From NCBI GenBank assembly GCA_003990765.1, contig RBNJ01000028.1, positions 1 through 49,985 on the forward strand: a stretch of 49,985 nt of DNA, given 5' to 3'. The notes below the pieces were generated by a model. That model was not told the DNA's origin and searched no databases. It worked only from the letters and a program-made list of their open reading frames with translations. A program made the position numbers and the translations under genes. Below, in pieces: positions 10,416-24,300 of the stretch (within the stretch, counting starts at the first letter, position 1; every line of letters starts with the position of its first letter). The stretch comes from Jimgerdemannia flammicorona. Taxonomy: Eukaryota.

Positions 10416-12457
10416 TATAAGAGGGTTACTTATTAAGATAACTATTATGTAGTTCTGAAAGAGTTTTCTAGAAGTTCTGGATATTTTAAAAGACTGTTTT
10501 CTTTAGATCAAGATCAATTTTATATGGAGTATATCCTCTTTACTTATTGATTTCAAGATTGAATTAATCTCTCTACCAAAGTCCTTTTTTGGACTAGTTC
10601 TTGATATTTAGAATTTTCTGTATTTTAGGATATTTAAAAAACTAAGACTAGCTTAGTTGAATTTACATATTGCTGTAAACAATATCCAATTAGAAAATTT
10701 TATTAGAGGGTTAGGATTGGGACCTAATGGGGTATAGATTTACTTAAGTATAGGTTGTAGATTATTAAATAGATTTATTTGCTATTTATGATATTACTAT
10801 ACTAAGAGTAGTTTTATGAAGGGATATTGTGGAGAAGTATTTATGAGTTGAGTTTGGATTGTTCTTATCTATTTAAGTCTGAAATTCTGAAATCTGAATG
10901 AGGGGGTATTTATACTAATATAAGGTTATCTGGACTATATTAAATATAGATATGGTACTTAATGTCTTGCCGATTTTGAATATAGTAATATAGTATAAGT
11001 ATAAACTGATATATCAAGAGATTGCCTAACTACTGAGTCAGTATACAGTTATATCATATAAGGCTAATCTAACTATACTAATGACTGCTAGACTATTTAT
11101 AGATTTAGATACTATCTGGATAGTCTTTAATAATATCACTATTGATGATATCATCTCTGATAAAGTAGTTAGCTAGGAAGAGTGGTTCTCAGATTACTTC
11201 TCTTTATTTGCTGAGATAGTAATATATTGGGATCTCATCACTATCCCATAAGATAGCATCATCTATCTCATATGCTAGATATGGAGTTGGTAGATAAAAA
11301 AGAGATACATTATCTTTGCTTTCATCAGATTTGCTGTCTATATATCTTCTATAGGTTATAGTACTATATATTACTGGGTTATAATAAGCTAATATCTGTA
11401 CTTTATTTTGCTCATATTTGAGTAGTAAAGTTATTAGTTCAATCTCAAAAGTTGTCTGAAGATACAGGTTGTATTCTTCAGTCTCTTCATTATAGTTTTA
11501 GTAGTTAGAGATAAATGTGGGTTAGTACTTATATCAGTAATCATTATCCCAATAGGTTCTATAGGTAGTTATAAACTATTATAAGTTCATTAGTAAGATT
11601 GGTGGGGTAATCAGAGTTGGTAGAGATTTTTGACTAGAGGTCATATTGATACAGGAGGAATTATTATCTTCTGCTTCATTATTATCAAACTAGATTATAT
11701 TATAGATATTCTTTATATCATATCTAACTTGAGATATTTGCAGAATATGATCATTAGGGTATGGGAAAGTTCTGTCTGTAGTTTGAATATACTTAATATA
11801 CTTATGATTGAGTTTTTATACTATATTATTAATTTCACCATAGGACAGAGTGGTAACCATTTTAGTAGTAGTAACTTAGAGGTGGGAAATAAAGATACTG
11901 TACTTATAAAAGAATTCTTGATGTTTACAGGTAATGAGTTTCTGGTATTAAGATATCTGAGTATATCTGTATCATAGTAGTATTCAACTATATCTTCTAG
12001 GAGGTAACCAATCTGATAGTAGCTTTAGATTTGTCCAATTCAGTAGACTTTATTAAGTAGATTCAAAGTATTCCATTGAGATTACATGAAGTAGGGAGGT
12101 GCTAAGCTATGGATATTTATGAGGAGTAGAGAGGGTATGGCTCAGTTGACAATGGTATTCCAAATATCAGTACAGATGCAGTTATAGATCTTAGTGATAA
12201 TATTTATATATATATTTAAGAGTTATAGATTTGTTATGGTTCTCTATTTTGATATATTTGAGTATATAGAATATATGTATTTAGTCTTAATTGATAAGAT
12301 TCCATTTATGTAAATCTTGTTTTCTATAACTTTGAGTTAACTTAGCTTTATATTCTATGACATCAGTTTGACTCAGCTTTATGATCTTATATTTGATTTC
12401 TAGATTTGTTCAGAGAGTGATATGTGATTTCAGTAGCTTAGAGGTTGTTTGCTTATA
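10416..12457 (-). repeat. 3' LTR of copy B
   Basis: Colinear with 2381-4442. Termini decayed to TATAAG...CTTATA. Preceded on the minus strand by the PPT. Confidence 0.9.
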
Positions 12458-12471
12458 ACTCTCCCCTTCTT
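12458..12471 (-). promoter_or_regulatory. Polypurine tract (AAGAAGGGGAGAG)
   Basis: Purine run directly abutting the start of the 3' LTR on the minus strand. Confidence 0.85.
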
Positions 12472-12479
12472 AGATTTTG

Positions 12480-15400
12480 ATATCCTTGTCAAGGTCTTCT
12501 AATTTTGGTCTAGTGTTATTACACTATTTGAATAGTCAAAAGTTATAGTATAGTTACCTAATGCATTAGATTCATATGTTAGAGTTGTGTATTCAATGTT
12601 GTATACTAGAAGTAATTCTGATAACATTTACTACTGGAGAATTTCCTCTCAGAAATCTTCTTAAATATCTACATCTCATTTCTCATCAGTGATATAGAGA
12701 GAATAAGCTAGCTTTCAGTTTTGCTGTTTTTCTAGAGAGTTGGTATTCTTTTATCTTACTGAGTTCTTAATTTTGTTCATAATAATTATAAGTATACTGA
12801 ATGTTCAGAAGGGGTAATATATAGATAGATATTGGAGTATTTAGGTTTTAGTTGTTTAAGAATTATATTCTTGAACTAAGTTAGTAGTATTCTAGAGATT
12901 GGTCTTGGGTTCTTATATTGTATTTTAGATTGGATAATCTTTCTATTTGATAAGATATTCTGGATGGTTCTTGTGACCACATTTATTGAGGATCAGTTCA
13001 ACTTCATATTCTTCTTGGTCATTAATAATAATAGATATAGGCAGTTTTGCTATTTGTTTCAGGAAGAGCTCATCATCTTTTTCATTATATTACTTGAGAT
13101 ATTGAACATTGAAGACTGGGTGAATCTTAATAGTATCTGGTAGGCTCAATTTGTAGGATATTGGAGAGTCTTGAATGATAACTTTGAATAGTCTAATAAA
13201 TTTGCTGTTCAGCTTTAGAGATGGTCTATATTTGAGATTATCAACTCAGTGTCCTTAGATGTCTAGTAGAACTTTTTCTCCAATGTCAAAAGTTTCTTCT
13301 TGACAATACTAATTGATATACTGTAATTGTTGTTCTTGAGCTTAGGATAAATTCTTGATTGTAATCTGGATTAAGTTATGCATTTGGAGTAGGAATTCTT
13401 CAACTGTTTCGAAAGTAGAGAGTTCATTAGTAGTTCTGATGAGTATCAGAGAGGTATTCAGGTTTTGTCCTATATTGGCAAAGAAAAGAGTCATTTCAAG
13501 AGAGACTTGCTTGCTGTTATTATAGGCAAACTCAACTGTAGTAAGGTATTCATATCAATTATCTTGTCTATAGAAAATATAGTTCTTTGGCATTTGTTTT
13601 AGGGTTTAGTTCATTCTTTCTGTTTAATCATCATATTTAGAATAAAAGACTGTAGATAGTATAAGTTTTATTTCAAAGTATATATAAAGAGCTTTCCAAA
13701 AGTAGCTGATGAATTTCTGGTCTTAGTCACTAATAATGATCTTGAGAAGATCATGATAGTGGAAGATGTTATTTAACAAGAGTATAACAATATCTGGTCC
13801 TATTGTAATAGTAGTAGTTAGCACAAAGTAGGCTTATTTGCTGAGATAGTCCACAAAGACAATAATTGCATTCTTTCCATTCTTGGTTCAGAGTAGTTAT
13901 ACAATAAAGTCTATAAAGATTTATTCTCAATTAGTAGATAGTACTGGGATAGGATAGAGTAGGCTAGGTTTTGCTAGTGTTGAGAACTTATTGCATTGGC
14001 AGATATCATAAGAAGTGATATAGAACTTTAGCTGATCTATTGTATAGGACTAATTGAAGTTTTAGTAGATAACTTCATAGCATTTATCAAATTCTAAATA
14101 TCCAGCTATAGAGACATTATGACATTTGAATAGGATAGTCCTTCAGAGGTCTCAATTGTTAGAAATATACAATTGTTCTTATAGTAGATAATATTGTTCT
14201 TCAGTTAATATTGATAGTACTAGGTATACTTGTCAATATTATCACTGCTCAGGATTTCATAGAGTATTTGAGCTTCTTTATCATTAGTACTACTGTGATG
14301 ATTTGTTCTATAATAGAGTTGGTCACCAGGGTGAGAGTTTGAATAACTTCTTCAATTAGTAGTCTGGAAATTATATTGGAAACAATATTTTTCTTTCTAG
14401 GGTAATATTAGATTTCATAGTCAAAGTTAGTGAGAACTTTCATCTCTCCCTTTCTCTGCTACCTTACTGGTCACAATGGTTTGGTAGGCAATCTTCTGAG
14501 TCCACTTTCTACAATTATTATCCCCTCTACCTTGGGTTAGTTTGCTATACCTATTGCAGGTTAGTGGGAGGGAGGCAATGGTGATGAGTTGTCTCTGTAT
14601 TAGTGTCTGATTGGTGTCTTCTCCACTTTTTCACAGTTTCTGGTGCCTTCAGCTGTGTCTGTAGTAACCATTTTGGTGCAGCACTTTCTTTCTTTGAGTA
14701 TCACCAATAAGGTACTATCTTGGTATATCACAGGTTACATAGGAAGTTGGCTGACCTTGAGTATTAAGTGCTCAGTATAGGTTACCTACAGGTCCTTGGT
14801 GCCTGTAGTGGGGACCTCTGGCTTTGGTGAGCTTTCTGGCAAGTACAGTTCTAGTATATATGGCTGTTTTTCAGATGATGTCAGGATGAGAGGGGAGATG
14901 GCTATCACAGATAGGAGAAAGGGTGATTATGGTGAACCAGTAGGGTGCTAGGCTGGGGGCAGTTGTCAGGGCTGGGGCAGGTACTGCTTCAATGGGGCCT
15001 TTTGATTGGTGCTGAGTGGTTAGGTGGTACATATCACTCTCAGCTTCTTTTGGTGATTTGGTGGATTGGGCCCCAGTCATTGGTTAGGGTCAGGGAGCTC
15101 AAGGCTACCCATTTCAGGCATCTTGGCTGCCCTTAACTGGAACCAGGAACTGATATAGCAATGTGATTGAGACCCACAGGCTTGAGTAGTGGGGTATTGG
15201 GGGTCTTCTCCTGCCTCATATGTAAGTTCTTTACTCACCTTGACTGGGAGAACCAGGCCCTACCCACCATGATGTACTTTGATGGATATTTTTTCTTTGT
15301 CTATCATTCTCTTTAAGGTGGCAGGGGCTATTCTATTAGGCTCAGGTGTGGCCTTATATATACATTGGGGTCTCAGGCATGTATTTTCGGTCATTGGTGT

Positions 15401-18100
15401 ATGGCTGAGTTCTGCCTGGTGGTAGGGAGAGCATGGTATGCAGAATGAGATCTGGGCCAACAAAGACCCTACTGTACCTGGAATGGTCAAGCTACTGAAC
15501 AATAGCTAGTCTAGGTTAATGGGGGGATAGTGCTTGATAGATAGTAGGAGAGGGTTTTGGCCTATATAGTCTAGGTTCCCTTCCAATAAAAATCTGTGAG
15601 ACATTGAGTCCATTAAAAAAAAAAGTGAACTTTCATCCATCTGGCTTGCTTTTAAGAAAGGGTAGCCTGGGTCTTGATATTGACTAATGATTTGTAGTCT
15701 GTTCATATAGTAAAATATGCTTCTTCTAGATAAGGTTGCTATTTGATCAGAGTATTAATAATGGCTAACATTTCTATCTCATGAGTAGCATAGTTGATTT
15801 TGCCATCATTGAACTTTCAAGAATAGTAGACCATAGGGTATTCTTCTTGTATAAGTACTGCTCCAAGAGCTAGGTCAGAGGCATCAGTAGTAACTTCATA
15901 TAAGAGGACAGGGTTTACTACTTGAAGTACTGTAGTAGTTATATATTAGAGTATCTTTTAGTACTTGAAAGGCTATATCTCATTCAGGTCTCCAATTCAT
16001 GAGATTGTTGAAGTTTTTTTTTTTGTTTTGTAGTCTAGAGCTGTTCTTCTTTTTTGTTATACTTAGTTATTTGGGTGAGAGCAGTAGTGATCTTAGGAAA
16101 GTTTGCAACAAATTGTTAATAATAGTTTACTAGTCCTAAAAATAACTAGAGGTCTTTCAGCTTCTTAAGTATGAGCCATTCCTTTATTGTAGAGATTTTG
16201 CTTGGATCTACTTTAATTCTATTTAGAGTAATAATATGTCTAAGGAATTGAATTTTCTTCAGAAGGAATTCATATTTACTAAGTTTTACAAAGAGTCTAT
16301 TTTTTCGGAATTTCAGTAGTATTAGTTCAAGGTTTTGAGATATTTCTCTAGGGTTTTGCTAAAGACTAAGATGTTATTAATATAGATAATAACAAATTTA
16401 TCTAGATATAAATATAGATAAATTTATTAGTGTCTGAAAGATTGTAGGACTATTAGTTAAGTCAAAAGATATAACCAGAAACTTGAAGTGTCCATAGTGA
16501 GTTCAGAAGGTAGTTTTGTAGATATCTTCTTTTTTCATAACAATTTGTCAGTAACTATTTTACAGATCAAAGAGCTCACAAATTATGGATTGGTAGGTCT
16601 ATCGAATATTTTATTGATTTAGAATAATAGGCAATAGTTCTTAATGGTCTATTCATTGAGATCATGGTAATCAATAGATATTTGTAGGTCTTCTTCTTTC
16701 TTAACAACAAAGAGGACTAGTATACCATAGGGTGATATACTGGGTCTAATGAATCCTTGTTTAGAAGTTCATTGGTCACTTCTTAAGTGCATCAATTTCT
16801 CTCAGAGATATATAATAGATTGACTTGATGGCTGGCTTGGTATCTGGAATAGTTCTAATAGCATAGTCTACTGTTCATTTAGATTGTAGGCCTTTCAGAA
16901 GTTTCTTTGGTAATATGTCATGAAATTTCTAGAGTAAGGGTCTAATATAGCTCTCAATTTGGAAAAGTCTTCTTTATTGTTCTGTAGTTCTCCTTTGGAT
17001 GAGTGGATAGAGATAATAAAGAGAGGACATTTCTTGTATAATTTCTTATATTATAGCTTATTGATATAAGTGATCTTTAGTCCAGAGTTATTAGGACTAA
17101 GTGGCTCTTTTTTATGTTATATTTTAAAGTTGTGGTATCCTTTCTTAATGATCAGAGAATAGTTTACCCAATTGATCATAGGGTTCTCTTGTTTTAACCA
17201 TAGAGTTCTAAGGATGATTTCATTGTCAGAAGGTGGTACAATCTGACATATAATATATACTCAGTAGTCACCAATTCAGAAGGGTAGGTTGTAGACTTCC
17301 TTGCTAATAATATATAAGATTCTATCAGCTATAGTAACTACTTAAGTCTGTTATATCAGAGAGATCAGGACCTTGAGTCTGTTGGCTGTTTCTTCATCAA
17401 TAAAATTGTCTGAGATACTGCTGTCTATCATAATCTTAACAGGTGCTTGATTGATGAAAGCTTGGAGTATAAGTAGTTTGTCTGATCAAATGCTAGTGAT
17501 TTCAGTTATAAGAGTTCTCCTTCTATTAGTTCTCTTTTGGGCCAATTTATTGACCTAAAAGAAGCAATTGTTGATTATTCAAAAAGAGTACATTCTAATA
17601 CTATAGAGGCATTAGCCACTTGATATAAATTTATCTTTAATTTTCTTATAGAATTATTCTTCTTTACTCAAGGTAGATTGGGCTGGCATCTTATTTGATA
17701 AGCCAAAGCCCTTAGATCTTTGAATGATAGATAATAGTTCAGAGACTTTCTTGACTATCAGAGTTGACTCAATTTTTTTGAATAGTATCTGAGTCTGATA
17801 GAGATCTTGAATAGTATCCAACTATGGTTTCAGATGAGGACAATAAATTCACCTATGTAATCTTAATTGATGACTCCTCCTTCTACTGAGAGTCCTTTCA
17901 ATGCTTGGCTATTGCAATAGCATATTCTTTCAATATGTCTTTCAGAGATTTGAATGCTGATTCCTGTATGGACTTGCTTGACTTCTTAATTGAAAACTAT
18001 GACTTCTTTGACTATATATAGATAATATCTAGCTATCTTTTGACTTTCTTTGGTTAGGGCCTTAGCAGTTTGCCTTAACTTAATAAAGTCTACTACTTTG
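12480..18100 (-). pseudogene. pol: pol region of copy B: dUTPase (~17705-18095), aspartic protease (~17130-17470), RT (~16150-16900), RNase H, integrase, chromodomain (~12880-13020)
   Basis: QRSKGFG (dUTPase motif V). MIDSSISDNFID and ILRTLWLKQENPMINW (protease). FVIIYINNILVFS (decayed YIDD, ~16373-16384). DASDL.LGAVL (RNase H). DQEEYEVELIL...EYLIK*KDYP...*EPKTNL (chromodomain). Confidence 0.9.
14445..15624 (+). mobile_element. ~1.2 kb non-autonomous poly(A) retroposon, copy 1 (inserted in RNase H of copy B)
   Basis: AATAAA then an A tail at 15615-15624. TSD GAACTTTCATC at 14434-14444 and 15627-15637. Colinear with 18204-19397. Confidence 0.85.
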
Positions 18101-18203
18101 ATAGTAAGATAATTATTGAGGTAGTACAGAGTAGTAATAGTTACTTATGTTGCTATTTGGGGTTTTTAGTTGAAATAGGTACTGGTCTGATATTCAGTCT
18201 TTT

Positions 18204-19397
18204 CAAACAGCACCTTTCTCTGCTACCTTACCAGTCACAAGGTTTGGTAGGTGACCTTCCAAGTCCCCTTTCCCCTATTATTACCCCCTCTACCTCGGGT
18301 TGGTTTGCATGCCTGCAGGGGCATGGTGGGAGGAGGGCAATGGTGATGAGTTGCCCCTTTATCGGTGTCAGATCAGTGCTTCCTCCACTTTTTCATGGAT
18401 TCTGGTGCCTTCGGCTGCATCTGGAGTATAACCATTTTGGTGCGGCACCTTCTTCCTTTTGCCGTTGCCAACAAGGAGTTATCTTGGTGTGTCTCAGGCT
18501 ACATAGAGAGTCGGCCAACCTTGGGTGTCAAGTGCTCAGTATAGGTTATCTGCAGGTCCTCGGTGCCTGTGGTGGGGCCCTCTGGCTTTGGCAAGCTTCC
18601 CGGCGAGCGTGGTTCTGGCATAGGTGACTGTTTTTTGGGTGTTGTCAGGATGGGAGGGGAGATGGCCATCACAGATAGGAGGAAGGGTGATAACGGTGGA
18701 CCAGTAGGGTGCCAGGCTGGGGGCAGTCATCGGGACTGGGGCAGGTACTGCTTCAGTGGGGCCTTTTGATTGGTGCAGCACAGTTAGGTGGTAAGTATCA
18801 CTATCGGCTTTTTTTGGCAGTCAGCGGGGTTGGGCCCCAGTCGTCAGGGCGGGTCAGGAGGCCTGAGGCTATCTATTTCAGGCATCTTGGCTGCACTCAA
18901 CTGGAACCAGGAGCTGACACGGCAATATGATTGAGGCCTGCAGGCTTGAGTAGTGGGGTATTGGGGGTTTTCTCCTGCCTCATGTATAAGTCCTTTACTC
19001 ACCTCAACTGGGAGAACTACGCCCTACCCACCGTGTTGTACTTTGATGAGGGTTTTTCTTTGCTTGTCACTCTCTTTAGGGTGGTAGGGGCTATTCTATT
19101 CAGCTCGGGTGTGGCCTTGTATATATGTTGGATTCTCAGGCATACACTTTCAGTCGTTGGCATATGGTTGGGTTTCCCCTGATGGTAGGGAGAGCATGGT
19201 GCGCAGAATGAGGTGTGGGCCTATATTGGCCCTGCTGCGCCTGGCATAGTTGAGCTGCTGAACAATAGCTAGCCTAGGTTAATGGGGGGGCAGTGCTTGG
19301 TGGGTAGTGGGAGAGGGTTTTGGCATATATAGTCTAGGTTTCCTTCCAATAAAAATCCATGGGACATGAGTCCATTAAAAAAAAAAAAAAAAAAAAA
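18204..19397 (+). mobile_element. ~1.2 kb non-autonomous poly(A) retroposon, copy 2 (splits the CCHC knuckle of copy B)
   Basis: Perfect 15-bp TSD GATATTCAGTCTTTT (18189-18203, 19398-19412), AATAAA at ~19347, ~21-nt A tail. Confidence 0.88.
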
Positions 19398-19412
19398 GAT
19401 ATTCAGTCTTTT

Positions 19413-21290
19413 AGTAATAGAAGTAAGCTCCACTTCTTTGGAGTTCATTTCTTTCTCCTTCTGTGAGTTTCTTGAAGTACTTGGCTGAGTAGATTTAGGA
19501 TTTCATAGTATATATGAGATAAATATAAAGTGAGCTCAGGATACTTCATATTCAGATTCTTCTTTCTTAGTCTAAGTTCTTTCCTTATTATTGAATTGTC
19601 TTTGAGGCAGAATAGGTCTAGCTATTAGGATTTGCTTTACCATAGTCTTGATTCTTACTAGGTACTAATATTGGTAATTACTACTAACTGGGTGTTCTTT
19701 TTCTTAGATTATTCTTGTAAGCTATTCAGGTAGGATATCAATAAACGATCTGCTCTTACCATTCTATACTTAATCATTTGCAATATATCCTAGACCAACA
19801 GTGTTCAGGAGTGACTTGAGATTTATACAGAAGGTTTCAAATTTCTCTATTCTATATATATTAAATTTGAGGTTGCAGAATTTAACTCAAGATTCAGCAA
19901 ATATGGTTTAATTGCAGAATTGAGTAATCATGAGTTGTTTGAGTCCTGGGACTGCAGAATAGTTTCCATATCCTGAGACATTATTTGCTGTATTCTGGAT
20001 AACTACTATAGATTGGATATCCCATATAAGGGGTTTTTTAGAAAGGGTTTACCACTATTTTTTAACAGATTCTTTGAAGAATATAACAACTCAGTAGACA
20101 TAAGTTACAATAGCAGCAAAGTATTGTTCCAGAGTGTAGTCTTGATTGTTTGTCAGAAGACAGTCAGCAACTTGCTCATTGATCTATTGATTGGCTTTGA
20201 AATTAGTATCAACTACATTAATAAAGCTTTGGACTTCTTGTATAGTACTATTGAAGATAGATAGGCTCAGACATTTTGTTGGTCAAGCCTGTTCAGCTAA
20301 GGCAGTAATAGTTGTTGACATTATGACTACCTTGGCTGCGAGGTCTAGAATCTGTTGGTTTGCTATATTGTTTACTAGAGACAGTTAGACTACTGATATT
20401 ATAAGTTACTGATATGACTTAAGATATTAGTGCAGAGTGTGATGGTGTTCTTTGAGGTTGTACAAGTTGCTGAAGTAATAGTTATTGGTCTGGAGTAAGA
20501 GCTTAATAGATAGCTATCTGTTGCTATATAGATGTATTCTGTCCTGATAGAGGTATATCTCATTTAGTCGAGTATCTAGGATTGAATTTACTAAGATACT
20601 CTTCCTTCTCTTCAGTTTAGTCTCCGTATAATTGGATTTTCTCAGTGTCAAAGTAGACAGAATCAGTTATATATTGGATTTTGGATGAGCTTAATTCAAA
20701 ATCCAGTTCTGGTTCAGTATTGGGTTTGAATTCAGATAGAGCTATAGCAGGGTCTGCTTCTGGTTCAGTATCAGATTATTGATGAAGGATTTCTCTTACT
20801 TTTTCTTTAAGAATATGGTAGGCCTTGCAATTATGGAAACAGTAATATAAGATAGTCTTGATTCTTGTATGGTAAAAGTCAGTAGAGTTGAGTGACTTGG
20901 CTGTGAAGACTTGGGCTTTATTGGGAACTAAGATTAGAAAGCTAGCTACTGGTTATCCTAAGTCACTCAGATTTGTAGAGCTAACAAAACTCTTATTAAG
21001 AAAAGTAAAGAAGGCTTCTATAAGACCTTCTTTATCTTGATCTATAGAGTGTAGAGTAAGGAGTTCAGTATATAGAGTTTCACCTATCTGCTGATTTAAT
21101 TAGAGTACTTCTTTTTATTGATAAAGTCTGTCCCACTTATTATAGATATAGATGTCAAATTGTCCTAGTACATCAGGTTCAATTTTCTTCAGATTATCAG
21201 ATAGTTCAGAATAAATTCCAGTTCAGAGATTGGACTTTATAACAACTTGTAGAAATTCTCATAGAGATATATAGTGGAGTTAGGCAGTAT
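19413..21290 (-). pseudogene. gag: gag of copy B (heavily mutated)
   Basis: Colinear with ~465-2340. Confidence 0.8.
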
Positions 21291-21329
21291 CTTGAGGCAG
21301 AATTGGATTATAAACTACTGCTACCAAGT

Positions 21330-24300
21330 TATAAGAGGTTTACTTATTAGCATAACTGTTACATAGTTCTGGAAGAGTTTTCTGGAAGTTCTGGATATTC
21401 TGGAAGACTGTTTTCTTTAATTCAAGATCAATTTTATATAGAGTACATCCTTTATGCTTATTGATTTCAAGATTGGGTTGATATCTCAACTAAAGTCCTT
21501 TTTTGAACTTATTCTAGATATTCAGGATTTTCCATATTTCAGAAAGTTCAAAAAACTAAGACCAGCTTAGTTGAATTGATATATCACTATAGACAATATC
21601 TCATTAGGAAATTTTATAATATGGTTAGAAGTGGGACCTAATAGAGTGTGGATTTACTTAGGAGTAAGTTGTGGATTATTAAATAGATTTATTCACTATT
21701 TATAATATTACTATACTAGGAGTAGTTATATAAAGTAATATTGTAAAGAAGTGTTTAAGAGTTGTATTTGAATTGTTCTTATCTATTGAAGACTGAGATT
21801 CAGAGGTCTGGGGGAGGGAGTATTTATATTAATAGGAGACTATCTAGACTATATTAAATACAGATGTAGCACTTAGTGCCTTACTGAGTTAAAATATAGT
21901 TACATAGTACAAGTGTGAACTGACATATATTTCTCTAGTAACAATCAGATTACACAATCTTTGAAGATACTCACAATAATATTTTTAAAGAAAAGAGACT
22001 AGTAATATAGTAACTAATGAGCCTTCCAAGGTATGTACTGAGCAGAGTAACCTTAGCATATTCAACTGGCAATATGTAGAAAAGGACCCTAGCTTGGGGG
22101 GAAGTATGAGAGGTCTGCTGAGAGGAGGATATAGAAGGAGAGAGAGTAGGATTGGAGGGCAGAGGATAGAGAGAGCAAGCTTTGCTAATATAGTAAAGAG
22201 GGGTCAGCCAGTGAATAGACTAGAGGGCTGACTGAGGAAACATCAGGAGACAGTGAGAGATATGGCTGCTGCTAGAGGGCCAGGAGGGGCTCATTGGGGA
22301 TGTTGGGTGGAAGGGCTAGTAGTGTAGTGACTGGGAGTGTAACTGCTAATAGAGTGGTGACTGACAATCTGGAAAAACATCAAGATGTGATTGCTGATGG
22401 CATGGCTGAAAGGATGGGGCTTAGACAGATGGGAGATCTGGCAGATAGTATAACAGACCTGGCAGTGGCCCCATTACTCAAGAAGTTGATCTTAGAGTTT
22501 GTGATTACTTTATATTTCAGGAGTTTGGCAGTGACAGCGAAAATAGTATTGGGGCTGATTGCTAAGTAGGTGGCTAGAGTAGTATCTATAAAGTTCCTGA
22601 AGAAATTGGAAGGGGTGGAGATGAGCTTTGAGAAGGCAGAGCTATTAGAGAATGTACTGAAGACTAGGCTGACTATTGGAGAGATGTAAATTCTAATGGC
22701 ATACTGCTTGAGGTAGGACTCCAGAGTGGTGCAACTTCTGATAAAAGAGGTATCCATAGTGACTGTTGTGGAGATGAGGAGGAGAGTTGAAGAAGTCATG
22801 ACCAAGTATGGAGAGGTGATTGATGTTAGGATCTGAGTCTGAGAAGAGATCTCATTCACAACTGGGAATGTTAATGTCCAGATTTAGTTGATAGAGAGGG
22901 AAGCTACTGGGAAGGCCAGGGACTGGCCTTTGGTAATAGTATGGGGAACATTCTTGTATAAGATAACAAGAGTGAAGGAGAGTAAAGAGGAGGAAGAGGA
23001 TTTGTTAGAGGTACTAGAGGAGCTGAGTAGTATAGTAGAGTAGAGAGTAATGGCTTGAAAGATATATATAGAGTTGACACATTTGGAGATAGTGGATAAG
23101 AAACAGATCCACATAGATAAGAGGCTGTAGAAAAGGTCTCAAGGATACAAGAGGTAGAGAGAGCTGTTGGTGAATCTGGATAGCAAGGTAAAGAAGGATG
23201 CTGGTAGAATTGAGGTCATAGGGAGAGCCAAAGTGAGTGTCTGGATCAGCAAAGATAGAGGAAATGTGAAGAAGGGACCAGAAGTGAACAAGAAGATGAC
23301 TGGTAATGATCTATATGTGGATGATATATTTGAGATCTAGAAGGACTTCACAACTTCTACTCCACTTATTAGATGAGGTCTAGCTTCAAGAAGCAGGGTG
23401 ACAGAGGTTGTACATATGTGGGAGACCCAGTGAGAACACTTTGGAGTTTCTGAGATAGTGCAGGAGAGACAGATAGTAACAGCTAGCAAGAATGAACTGA
23501 TGGATGTCCAAGAGGAGAAGCTGTAAGTGTAGGGACTGATACCTCAATGCTGGATAGAGGAAGGCCAGTAACTCTAAGTGGAAAGGAGATGGGAAACCTA
23601 CTTTAGATGTGCTGGATGATGAACAACTTTGCAGTGGAGGAGTTGGGAGAGGTAGACCTGAGAGTAATAAGTGAATAGTATTGGACATAGATCCTATAGT
23701 GATAGAGTGGTAGAGACACTGAAGGCAAAGATTCTTGAAGTTTTTCTAGAAGAGGAAGGATATGGGATTGATAAGAAGAGGAAGGCCAACTGGTGGTTTC
23801 TGCTAGTAAGCAGACCACCTTCTATTGGGCAGAGCATCATGGGTTACAGCTCTGGCAGAAGGCCTGCCTGGAGTATTGTGAGGATTTCAAGAAGAAGAAT
23901 AGGGAACTTGTTGAACTACTGGTGGAATTGAAGACTAAGAGGATTAAAGAGGAGGTGGTGGCTACTGAACATAATCTAAACTTAGCTCAGGAGGAGATAA
24001 ACATAGAGCAGTAGAGAATATAATTGCTATTTCACAATATTCCTTATAAATAGTATAATTAACATTTTTTCTTTAAATATAAATAGGTTATAGAGTTCAT
24101 TCTAGCATTAAAAAAATTTTACTTTGCTTAAGGAATTGGAGGCTGATCTCTTTCTTTTGTAGGATTTCAGATATAAGAATGATTTAGATAGACTGGATAG
24201 ATAAAAGATTAGGGAGGTGAGGTGGTTTGGAAAGACAAGATTGGGATTCTGATCTAGAGAGATAGAGGGGAGATACAAGATATAAGAAGCTGGGGAGATA

